Positions 37,071 to 45,652 of a stretch of 64,000 nt of DNA are shown here, piece after piece. The translations under genes and the position numbers were made by a program. Positions within the stretch are counted from its first letter, which is position 1. Each line of letters starts with the position of its first letter. Below the pieces are notes generated by a model. That model did no database searches. It saw nothing but the letters and a program-made list of their open reading frames with translations, and was not told where the DNA came from. Source of the stretch: Candidatus Woesearchaeota archaeon (GTDB lineage Archaea; Nanobdellota; Nanobdellia; Woesearchaeales; GCA-2686295); contig CALDOJ010000034.1 of NCBI GenBank assembly GCA_937912225.1, positions 556-64,555 of the forward strand. Reading direction: 5' to 3'.

Positions 37071-37850
37071 CTACCTATTTTTACCACTCTTTAGTGGTTT
37101 ATTCAAATATTTTTGCATATGATTGAAAGGATCGTCATAACAAAGACAACCAAGAGGAGTTAAAAAATCAGAGAATGTTTGTGCATAAGCAACCAAATCA
37201 CTTATTAAATCTTTATGGTCTTGAAAATTTTGATAAACAACTTCTCTGCCAACAACTCTACCTTTGTTAAGTTCAGATTTATTAATACAATGATCTTTAA
37301 TTAACCAATCAATTGTTTCAGTATCATTAGGATCAAAAATAGCACCAAAATCAATTTGATTAATTTTCAAATCACCAGTTAATAAAACATTAACAGCTCG
37401 CCTATCTTTCAAAGCTAAAGTGTTAACAAGCTCCATTGAATAACCAAAACTATATGCAACTTCCAATTCTTTACCTTCAGGAACATAAAATTTTTTGCCA
37501 GGAAGACCTTCCATCATGACGAGATTTTCATTATGAAGGCCATCCCAAGTAATAAAATTGTGATTCGCACCAGCCAAAATATTATCCAAAGCCATACCAA
37601 GAGCTTCTCTAGAAGCACCTTCCAAAGAAGTTTTAACATAAACATCTTTCTTAGAACCGTTCTTAAGAACAGCTTCATACTTATCAACAGAATAACCAGT
37701 TTTAATTTCAGAAACGTGTTTGAACTTCACAGGTTTTTCACCAAACAAAACACCAGATAATTGTTTAATTCTTCGCGTACGATAATTAAAATGACTAGGT
37801 GCAGGCGGAAGACGAACACGACCAAGAAGTTTATCCAAATCAACATTCAT
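37071..37850 (-). CDS. PI3/PI4-kinase-like atypical kinase-fold protein, group A paralog 6
   Basis: DVYVK Lys, alphaC Glu (SREALGM), catalytic loop ALKDRRAVNVLL and IDFGAIF. Confidence 0.7.
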   Translation of the reverse strand: MNVDLDKLLGRVRLPPAPSHFNYRTRRIKQLSGVLFGEKPVKFKHVSEIKTGYSVDKYEAVLKNGSKKDVYVKTSLEGASREALGMALDNILAGANHNFITWDGLHNENLVMMEGLPGKKFYVPEGKELEVAYSFGYSMELVNTLALKDRRAVNVLLTGDLKINQIDFGAIFDPNDTETIDWLIKDHCINKSELNKGRVVGREVVYQNFQDHKDLISDLVAYAQTFSDFLTPLGCLCYDDPFNHMQKYLNKPLKSGKNR

Positions 37851-38605
37851 CGAGCAACCCCCAAATAATCACACATATAAACAAACGGATCATCACAAAC
37901 AGGTTTTTGAACACAAGTGAAATCTTCAAAAGACCTTGCATAAACAATTAAATCTTCAATTAAATTTTTATTATCTTTAAAATTTTGACGCACCACTTCT
38001 TTACCAGCAACTCGTCCTTTATTTAATTGAACAGAATCCATACTATGAAAATCAATTAAATATTCAATAGAACCATTATCACCAGGATAAAAAAGCGAAC
38101 CAAAATCAATATGATTAATATTAAAGGTTTCAGTTAACAAAACATTAGTAACCCATCTATCTTTAAGAGATAAAGCATTTACTAATTCCATCGAATATCC
38201 AAGATTAAAAGCAACTTCTTTTTCTTTGCCTTTTGGCACATAAAAATCCTCTCCAGGAAGATTTTCCATCACCAGATTATGATTACCAAAACGATCATCC
38301 CATAAAAAATAATTATGACCTGCATCTTGCAACATATTTGCCAAAGTCATTCCAAGCGCTTCTTTGTAAACACCTTCCCAAGACTGTTTAACATAAAAAT
38401 CCTTTTTTGAACCATCTTGAAAAGTAGCTTTATACATATGAACAGTTGATGCATGACCAAGATCACAAGAATGACTAATTTTCTTAGGCATTTCATCAAA
38501 TAATAAACTAGATAATTGTTTAATTCTACGCTTATAAGTATTAACATTAAAAGGCTCAGGAAGTTCAACAATTCCAAGATGTTTATCTAAAACAATATCA
38601 GTCAT
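37847..38605 (-). CDS. PI3/PI4-kinase-like atypical kinase-fold protein, group A paralog 5
   Basis: DFYVK, LKDRWVTNVLL and IDFGSLF. 4-bp overlaps on both sides. Confidence 0.7.
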   Translation of the reverse strand: MTDIVLDKHLGIVELPEPFNVNTYKRRIKQLSSLLFDEMPKKISHSCDLGHASTVHMYKATFQDGSKKDFYVKQSWEGVYKEALGMTLANMLQDAGHNYFLWDDRFGNHNLVMENLPGEDFYVPKGKEKEVAFNLGYSMELVNALSLKDRWVTNVLLTETFNINHIDFGSLFYPGDNGSIEYLIDFHSMDSVQLNKGRVAGKEVVRQNFKDNKNLIEDLIVYARSFEDFTCVQKPVCDDPFVYMCDYLGVAR

Positions 38606-39399
38606 CGAGAAACCCCCAAATAAAGTTTCATATGAGTAAAAGGATCATCTAAAATATAATCATCCTCTTCAGAACACATTTTCTTAGAAAAATAATTAAC
38701 CATTGATTCAATCTCAGGTTGATATTTTAAAAAATTATTACGAATAAGTTTATAGCCATCAATTGTTCCTTCAGAAACAGCATCTTCATCTAAATGAAAC
38801 CATTTAATATGGTAATCTCCTTGAAATAAATCCTTATGATAAAATAAACAATCATTATCAAGATGTCGAACAGCTCCTTTTTCAGATACTAGTATGTTTC
38901 CAGCATGTCGATCATCTAATGCTAAAGTTCTAGCCAATTCTAAAGCAATGCCAAAAGAATAACTAATTTCAGTTTTTAGAGTTTCAGGAAAACCCAATCT
39001 AGAACCTCGCAGTTGATCAATAACAATCATTCTTTCAGGAGTTGAATCATCTAAAGAATCTGAATAAAGAAATTTTTGTTCTTCACCAAGTAATAAATTC
39101 TGTAAAGTTATGCCAACCGCTTCAAACAAAGGATGAGATTTTGGTTCTTTTGCAAAGAAAGTTTCTGAACGTCCATTTTCAAGCAAGATATTAAAACCTG
39201 TAATAGTAGTATAAATCTCCTTTAACATAGCAATACCAAAACTTTTAATTGAAGCTATTTCATCAACTGAAACACCATATAAATCTGATGCAACTTTCTT
39301 TTGAAGAGCTAAATCCTCATGAAAAGTTTTAAGACTGGGAAGAGCAACTTCATAACTAAACAATTCTTTTACAGTATCAGAAAGTTCAGGCAAACTCAT
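38602..39399 (-). CDS. PI3/PI4-kinase-like atypical kinase-fold protein, group A paralog 4. Its DFG position is degenerate.
   Basis: TFFAKEP, LDDRHAGNILV and HLDNDCLF, which has no DFG. Confidence 0.7.
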   Translation of the reverse strand: MSLPELSDTVKELFSYEVALPSLKTFHEDLALQKKVASDLYGVSVDEIASIKSFGIAMLKEIYTTITGFNILLENGRSETFFAKEPKSHPLFEAVGITLQNLLLGEEQKFLYSDSLDDSTPERMIVIDQLRGSRLGFPETLKTEISYSFGIALELARTLALDDRHAGNILVSEKGAVRHLDNDCLFYHKDLFQGDYHIKWFHLDEDAVSEGTIDGYKLIRNNFLKYQPEIESMVNYFSKKMCSEEDDYILDDPFTHMKLYLGVSR

Positions 39400-40148
39400 C
39401 GCTTAACCCCCAGATAATCACACATGTAAGCAAACGGATCATTCAAAACATCAGGTCTTGAAGCAAAAGGTATTTGTTCATCAACCCAATCAACAACCAT
39501 TTTAATATCATCTTTATTATCAATAAATCGTTGACGAATAGCTTCATGAGCTGAAAGTCTTCCTTTGTTAAATTTACGACGACTTAAACCATAAGCATCT
39601 GCAACTTTCGCACCAGTTATCAAATCTTTTTCATCAAATAAACATTCATAATCAATATGTCTGATAGTTCCTCTCCCATCAACTAATAAGTTTCCAGTAT
39701 TTCTATCTTTTAAATGCAAAACCATTTCTAATTCTGAAGCCACACCAAGATTAAAACTGGCTCTTTTCTTACGACCTACATTTTTAAAAATTCTTCCAGG
39801 AATCGCTTCCATCAAAATAGAACTAGGATCTGTTGTATAATCATCAAGTTGAGGAATTGCATAACTCCAATTCTCACCAGTTAAAACATTGTTCAAATAC
39901 CAACCAAGTCCTTCTAATAAAGAACCTGTATGAAAACAATCTTTAACATAAAAAGTCTTATTAGAACCATCACCCAAAGTTAATTCATAACCTTTAATCA
40001 TTTCTTGATTAGTAATTAAACTACTAGAAACAATTTTTTCATCAATACCAAATAAAGCTTTAGGAACATCAGCCATTCTTTTCTCAGAATATACATCATA
40101 AAAAGAAGGAACATCTCCAATCCGAAGTAATTTTTCAGGCGAAGTCAA
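39396..40148 (-). CDS. PI3/PI4-kinase-like atypical kinase-fold protein, group A paralog 3
   Basis: TFYVKD, LKDRNTGNLLV and HIDYECLF. Confidence 0.7.
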   Translation of the reverse strand: MTSPEKLLRIGDVPSFYDVYSEKRMADVPKALFGIDEKIVSSSLITNQEMIKGYELTLGDGSNKTFYVKDCFHTGSLLEGLGWYLNNVLTGENWSYAIPQLDDYTTDPSSILMEAIPGRIFKNVGRKKRASFNLGVASELEMVLHLKDRNTGNLLVDGRGTIRHIDYECLFDEKDLITGAKVADAYGLSRRKFNKGRLSAHEAIRQRFIDNKDDIKMVVDWVDEQIPFASRPDVLNDPFAYMCDYLGVKR

Positions 40149-40936
40149 TTTATTTCACCCTCTAATTTTTGTTTTATATAATCAAAAGGAGAAATAGTTT
40201 CAAACAATTCAGATCTTAATAAACCATCATAAGCCCAGTTAGCCAAATCGCGAATTAGTTCTTCATTAGTTTTGAAATTAACTCTCATCTCTTCACGAGC
40301 ATCAAGTCTGCCTTTTTCAAATTCCTCTTCAGAATAACCACTATTCTTAACTAATTGTTTACCAGTTCGATCATCCCAACCAGCCCAAAATAATGCTCCA
40401 AAATCTATATTACGAATTACTAAGTTATCATCAATTAACATATTAGGACTTCTTCGATCAGCAAGATTTAAAATTTTGGCAGATTCAAAAGCCCGACCCA
40501 TTGAATAAGAAATTTCAGTTAAGAAATCATAATTAACATTAAAAGTTGTTCCAGGAACTTCATCCATAATAACCACATTAATAAAATTATCAAGCAAATC
40601 CAATTTATTAACTAACATCAAGAAATTTCTGTCTTCACCAGTTAATAGATTATTCAAAGTAATACCAACTGCTTCTTGAAACGCACCAGTCACATAGCAA
40701 TCTTCTTCTTCTTTAACATAATAAGTTTTAGAAGTTCCATCTTTAAGCATTAATTTATGACCTGCAACGTTCGAATTTCCAGATGCAAAAGGTTCATCAA
40801 TAAGAATATCGTCTGAATCAACCCCATACATTTCTCTAGCAACATATCTGCCTAAATTTTGAGAATCAAGAAGAGTAACTTCATCAGTAAAAGGCCTATA
40901 ATTCAACAAGTCTTTCATTCTATCTGGAAAACTCAT
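40145..40936 (-). CDS. PI3/PI4-kinase-like atypical kinase-fold protein, group A paralog 2
   Basis: TYYVKE, LADRRSPNMLI and IDFGALF. Confidence 0.7.
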   Translation of the reverse strand: MSFPDRMKDLLNYRPFTDEVTLLDSQNLGRYVAREMYGVDSDDILIDEPFASGNSNVAGHKLMLKDGTSKTYYVKEEEDCYVTGAFQEAVGITLNNLLTGEDRNFLMLVNKLDLLDNFINVVIMDEVPGTTFNVNYDFLTEISYSMGRAFESAKILNLADRRSPNMLIDDNLVIRNIDFGALFWAGWDDRTGKQLVKNSGYSEEEFEKGRLDAREEMRVNFKTNEELIRDLANWAYDGLLRSELFETISPFDYIKQKLEGEIN

Positions 40937-41736
40937 TTCTCAGCCTCCAAATAAAGTTTCATATAAGAAAAAGGATCTTCAATATGCTTTTCATCATCCA
41001 AATATTGCAAACCAGATTGTTCGCTAAAATATGTTAATACATCTTTAATTAATGATTCATTATCTAAAAAATTTTTAACAATTATTTTTCTTGCATCTGA
41101 TTGTCCTTGTGAAACTAATTCTGCATCAAGTCCCAGAACATATCCTCCTTTAAAAATATCTTTTAACATTCCAAGATTCCAAGAATATTCTTTATTAAAA
41201 ATAGTTTCATAATCAACATTTCTAATAATAGAATTTTCACAAATAACCAAATTTGAATTATTACGGTCGGTTAAAGAAAGAGTTTTAGCCAATTCTAAAC
41301 TAGCACCAAAACTTTGACTCATATTAGTACTAGCATCATTAAAATATGTCACACTAGTTCCAATATCTTCCATAGCAACATAACCAAATTTCCAATCACC
41401 AGTTTCAGATCTGCTAGCAACAAAGTTATGGTTTTCACCTAAAAGAATATTGCTTAAAGTCCAACCAACAGCTTCACTTAAAGAACTTTCAAGACATTTC
41501 TTATAATAAAATTGTTTAATTAAACCATCCTTAAAAAGAGTTTCATATACTCGAGTGTTAGGAGACCAAACAGTATCTAAGAAATTAACAGTTATAATTT
41601 CTGATTCAGGAACACCATAAAGTGAACTTGCAACAGACTCCATAATATCAGGATTATTTTTAACTTTTGAAAAATCTGGAAGAGAGGTTAACCTAAGTAA
41701 ATCTTCAATCTTTGTTTGAGTTGATTGTTTAGTCAT
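40933..41736 (-). CDS. PI3/PI4-kinase-like atypical kinase-fold protein, group A paralog 1
   Basis: QFYYKK, LTDRNNSNLVI and VDYETIF. Confidence 0.7.
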   Translation of the reverse strand: MTKQSTQTKIEDLLRLTSLPDFSKVKNNPDIMESVASSLYGVPESEIITVNFLDTVWSPNTRVYETLFKDGLIKQFYYKKCLESSLSEAVGWTLSNILLGENHNFVASRSETGDWKFGYVAMEDIGTSVTYFNDASTNMSQSFGASLELAKTLSLTDRNNSNLVICENSIIRNVDYETIFNKEYSWNLGMLKDIFKGGYVLGLDAELVSQGQSDARKIIVKNFLDNESLIKDVLTYFSEQSGLQYLDDEKHIEDPFSYMKLYLEAEK

Positions 41737-42224
41737 TTTATTCGACGATATTCAAAAACATTTTTTTTTAAGTATAATTGCATATGACTTGGTAAATGTT
41801 CACCAATCTGATTTATTGCATCAGGCGATTGGTTATGAATAAGTAAACTATGTAAAGCTTCAACAGGAATATTTTGAAATGAAATAAATTCTCTAAAATA
41901 ATCAGTCGATTTTCTATAAGGATTTCTTTCAATACCTAACTCCTGAGCAAATTTTTCAGCCATAGATTCATAACCCGAATATTTGAACAATTCACTATTT
42001 TCTTTAATATAATTATTATCAAGAACGAATCCAGTACTACCACCCCAAAAATCTACATTTGCTTTTTTTGGCATTGGAAATTTTTCTTCCCAATAAGCAA
42101 AACAAATTCTATCATTAGATGATTCAAAATAATTTTTATTACCTGTTTCAGAAGGTAATCTTAAACCTTCACTAAGTATAGGAAGGACAGATATCACTTC
42201 AGTCATATGTGTCAATATCGGCAT
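41733..42224 (-). CDS. Small paralog family member 3 (~163 aa, unknown domain)
   Basis: Alignment with its two paralogs places the true start at MPILTHMTEV, 1 nt after the upstream stop. Conserved motifs are THxT, LPSETGN, DRI(C/S)F, NIPVE(A/G) and a C-terminal HMQLYL...YRRIK. Confidence 0.6.
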   Translation of the reverse strand: MPILTHMTEVISVLPILSEGLRLPSETGNKNYFESSNDRICFAYWEEKFPMPKKANVDFWGGSTGFVLDNNYIKENSELFKYSGYESMAEKFAQELGIERNPYRKSTDYFREFISFQNIPVEALHSLLIHNQSPDAINQIGEHLPSHMQLYLKKNVFEYRRIK

Positions 42225-42225
42225 T

Positions 42226-42750
42226 TTATTTAATCCTCCGATAAAATGAGTCATCAGTTTGTTTAGTATATAATCCCATATGTGCTGGCAAAATTGATTT
42301 AATTTTTTGAAATTCTTCTGTCTCAAGAGATAATATTGTATTAAATCTAGAATCTAAAAATAAACTGTGAATTCCTTCTACAGGAATATTTTCAAAAGAT
42401 ACTACTTCATTAAAATTAAATCTTGGAACTTCTAAGTCTATAACTTCCATTCCTTGTCTATTTGCATAATCAATTACTTCTTCACTCTTAGTAATATAAC
42501 ATTTGAATTCGTCTTTATTTTCAGATATGTACTTTGGGTCTAAAACTAAATTAATGTCATTATTCCAACCGCTTAAATAAGTATTTTCGCTTTCTAAATC
42601 TAAATCAGGATTACATGAAAAACTTATTCTATCTGTAGGAAAAAACCAATCCCAATTACTATTACCTGTTTCTCGTGGTTTTTTAATCCCATTTTTAAAA
42701 ATAGGTTCTAGATATTCCAGATAAGTTGAATGTGATAAAACTCCGTTCAT
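42226..42750 (-). CDS. Small paralog family member 2 (174 aa, unknown domain)
   Basis: KPRETGNSNW, DRISF, NIPVEG, AHMGLY...FYRRIK. Confidence 0.6.
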   Translation of the reverse strand: MNGVLSHSTYLEYLEPIFKNGIKKPRETGNSNWDWFFPTDRISFSCNPDLDLESENTYLSGWNNDINLVLDPKYISENKDEFKCYITKSEEVIDYANRQGMEVIDLEVPRFNFNEVVSFENIPVEGIHSLFLDSRFNTILSLETEEFQKIKSILPAHMGLYTKQTDDSFYRRIK

Positions 42751-43256
42751 TTCATCCTCCGATAAAATAAATCATCTGTTTGTTTTGAATATAATCGAAT
42801 ATGAGCAGGTGCTTGTTTTTGAATTTCATTAATTTCAGATTTTGAATCTGATTGGTGAAATAATGCATATAATCCTTCAACAGGAATATTTGCAAATGAA
42901 ACTACTTCATTAGGAACTTCATGTTTGGTTGGATTTTTAATAGTCCTAATTCCAAGTTCTTTGATAAATGTTTGAAAAATATCTTCACGCGCAGGTTCTG
43001 CTTCAAAATTATTCAAATTATCTTTTAAGTAATCAGGATCGACAAAGAATCCAGTTCTTTCTCCATACCAAAAATCATTAAAACCAATACTTGTTTTTGG
43101 AAAAGGTGTTTCTTCAGGATGAAGTAAAAAGCTTATTCTATCACTCGCAGAATACTCTGGCCAATTACAATTACCAGTTTCAGAAGGTAATTTTAATCCT
43201 TCTTTAAGTATTAAAGGCACATATACATTCCGTGTTGCATGAGTTAGAATTGTCAT
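42747..43256 (-). CDS. Small paralog family member 1 (~170 aa, unknown domain)
   Basis: The true start is probably MTILTHATRN. LPSETGNCNW, DRISF, NIPVEG, AHIRLY...FYRRMK. Confidence 0.6.
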   Translation of the reverse strand: MTILTHATRNVYVPLILKEGLKLPSETGNCNWPEYSASDRISFLLHPEETPFPKTSIGFNDFWYGERTGFFVDPDYLKDNLNNFEAEPAREDIFQTFIKELGIRTIKNPTKHEVPNEVVSFANIPVEGLYALFHQSDSKSEINEIQKQAPAHIRLYSKQTDDLFYRRMK

Positions 43257-43257
43257 T

Positions 43258-44160
43258 TTATTCTCGCAACACCTCGGCCTTTGATGAATTTGTATAAGAA
43301 TGAATACTATTATGAGGATCGTAATCGAAGTTAGCACCTCTATGAACTGCATAATTAAGAAGCTCTTGAATTAAACCTTGATTAATGGCAATATTTTTAG
43401 CAATTAGTTCTCTGCCAAATAACTTACCAGCTTCAAATTGTTCTTCTTCACAATCTGAAAGCGTAATATCATAACATGGATCAACTTGTAAGCCTACTTC
43501 TTCACAAAAAATTGTGCTAAAATCAATAGGCACAATAGTTTCATCATCACCTAAAATAATATTCTCATCATGTCTATCATCTAAACCTAAAGCAGTTGAT
43601 AGTTCTGAAGCAACACCATAATTAAAAGATTCTTTATCTGAAAAAATATAACCCCTTTCCATATTTGCAAAAGTTTTCCCAGGAATTCCAACTGATAAAA
43701 AAGTTCCAGTTTCTTCACAAGCAGCAAATCTATAAGTTTCAGTTTCATTATCTGAAGATAAAATATCTCCAAGAACACTTCCTAAAGCATCTACTATAAT
43801 CGGCCTTTGCCAAGCAGGTTTAGCATAAAAATCGCTCTTTGTACCATCTTTAAATTCTACAAGAAAACGAGCATAGAAATCACAATCTTCATAAAAAAAA
43901 TTAGAATCTTTTTCAATTGAAACAACTGATTCTGGTTCACAAGAATATAAAGAAGCAGCAACATCAACCATGTCTGCAGTTCCTGAAACTATATTAATAA
44001 TATGTGGTAAATCTTTCAAGCTTAACATTGAACGTAAATAATTTTCAGGTAAATCACCATTCCAAACAGTTTCAGGTTTATGATAAGCTAAAGGTAAACG
44101 TTCATATTCTTCTAAATAACTTGACAGGTCTGAATTGTTTGAATTTTGTGTGTTAGTCAT
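43258..44160 (-). CDS. PI3/PI4-kinase-like atypical kinase-fold protein, group B paralog 3
   Basis: SDFYAKP, LGLDDRHDENIIL and PIDFSTIF. The start is probably MTNTQNS. Confidence 0.7.
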   Translation of the reverse strand: MTNTQNSNNSDLSSYLEEYERLPLAYHKPETVWNGDLPENYLRSMLSLKDLPHIINIVSGTADMVDVAASLYSCEPESVVSIEKDSNFFYEDCDFYARFLVEFKDGTKSDFYAKPAWQRPIIVDALGSVLGDILSSDNETETYRFAACEETGTFLSVGIPGKTFANMERGYIFSDKESFNYGVASELSTALGLDDRHDENIILGDDETIVPIDFSTIFCEEVGLQVDPCYDITLSDCEEEQFEAGKLFGRELIAKNIAINQGLIQELLNYAVHRGANFDYDPHNSIHSYTNSSKAEVLRE

Positions 44161-44161
44161 T

Positions 44162-45652
44162 TTATTCTTGCATTGACCTCCTGTGCGCACTAACATAAGA
44201 ATCTATACTTTCTTCAGGTTTATGAGTAAAAGATGCGTTTTTATGATGTGCATAAGCAATCAACTGATGTATTACGCCTTTATTTTGTTCATAATTCTTC
44301 GTAATCATTTCTAATCCCATTTGTCTTCCTGCTTTAACCATTTCTGCATTAGCAGGTTCTTCATGACTACAAGAATATTCACTAGTTGAAGAAGTACGAA
44401 ACAAAGTTCCAAAATCAATAGGAATAACCATATCATCATCTGCAATCATAATATTTTGATCGTGCCGATCAGTTAATCCTAAAGCTCTTGATAATTCTAT
44501 TGCAACTCCATAATTAAATGCTGCTTGATCTGAAAAATCTTCTCCCTTATGTTTAAAGGTCGTAGCAGAAATTCCAGTTGAAGCACAAGTTTTATTTTCT
44601 TCGCAACCTATAAATGAGTAAGTAGTTTTTGGAAGATGACCTTTAGTTAGAATATAAGCTAAAGTATTACCAAGTGTTTCAGAAACTACTGATCCTTCCC
44701 AATTTTTTTTAAGATAAAAATCACTTTTCACACCATTTTTAAAATCTATAAAAAAATGATTAACAGTACCATAACCAAATTTTCTATCTTTCTTAATTGA
44801 TTTAATAGATTTAATATCACAAGAATATAATTTTGCAGCAATTTCTTTACGCTGTTTATAAGTTCCCATACCAACACTATAATAAAATCCAACATCAGCA
44901 GATATATCAGGCAAATCAACTAAACCCAATATTTCTCGAAGAACTTCTTCAGAAGTTTCACCAGTCCATACAGGATCAGGTATTGACTCTGGTTCTGGTT
45001 TAGGTTCAGGTAATTTAATTTCAACAGGATCAGGCCTATCAACAACCATTCCAATATTTTGCAAAGGAACTTCTTCTTTAGGTAACTTAAGTATAGCGCC
45101 TAAATCATAAGGATTTTGAAATCCAAATATATTAAGAAAACCATAAGGCTTATTAACATGATAAGGATTAACTGCAGGTTCTTGTTCTTTTCCTGCAATA
45201 ATATCTTCAAGTAAAAGAGGATTATCAACCACATATCTAATTTGTTTTTCATTTTGTTCTTGTTTATTATTCATACCGTGCAAGAATTTTTTATCTTTTT
45301 CTCGCAGACCACCATAAGGTTGAATCTTTGGGTTTACCAAAAGCTCCATATTTCTAATAAAACCAAAATCATAATTAATAAGTTCAACTTTTTCTTTCTT
45401 GGGTTGTTTATGCACAAGCTTTTCTTTACGATCAACAGGAGCAAAATCTAAAAGAGGATCAACTAAATCTTGTTGAAGATAATTTATGGCATTATCAGGA
45501 TTAATACCACCCATTGCATACATCATAGCGCCAGCCAAAGGTAACATCATATTTCTGGCTCTATTTAGTCCTCGATGTTCTGCATTTTCATTAGACTTTT
45601 TTTTAGGAGAGTTATGAGATTCTTTGTTTAATCTTTGTTTAAGTATCATCAT
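44162..45652 (-). CDS. PI3/PI4-kinase-like atypical kinase-fold protein, group B paralog 2, with a ~200-aa basic or low-complexity N-terminal extension
   Basis: SDFYLKK, LGLTDRHDQNIMI and IPIDFGTLF. Confidence 0.7.
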   Translation of the reverse strand: MMILKQRLNKESHNSPKKKSNENAEHRGLNRARNMMLPLAGAMMYAMGGINPDNAINYLQQDLVDPLLDFAPVDRKEKLVHKQPKKEKVELINYDFGFIRNMELLVNPKIQPYGGLREKDKKFLHGMNNKQEQNEKQIRYVVDNPLLLEDIIAGKEQEPAVNPYHVNKPYGFLNIFGFQNPYDLGAILKLPKEEVPLQNIGMVVDRPDPVEIKLPEPKPEPESIPDPVWTGETSEEVLREILGLVDLPDISADVGFYYSVGMGTYKQRKEIAAKLYSCDIKSIKSIKKDRKFGYGTVNHFFIDFKNGVKSDFYLKKNWEGSVVSETLGNTLAYILTKGHLPKTTYSFIGCEENKTCASTGISATTFKHKGEDFSDQAAFNYGVAIELSRALGLTDRHDQNIMIADDDMVIPIDFGTLFRTSSTSEYSCSHEEPANAEMVKAGRQMGLEMITKNYEQNKGVIHQLIAYAHHKNASFTHKPEESIDSYVSAHRRSMQE

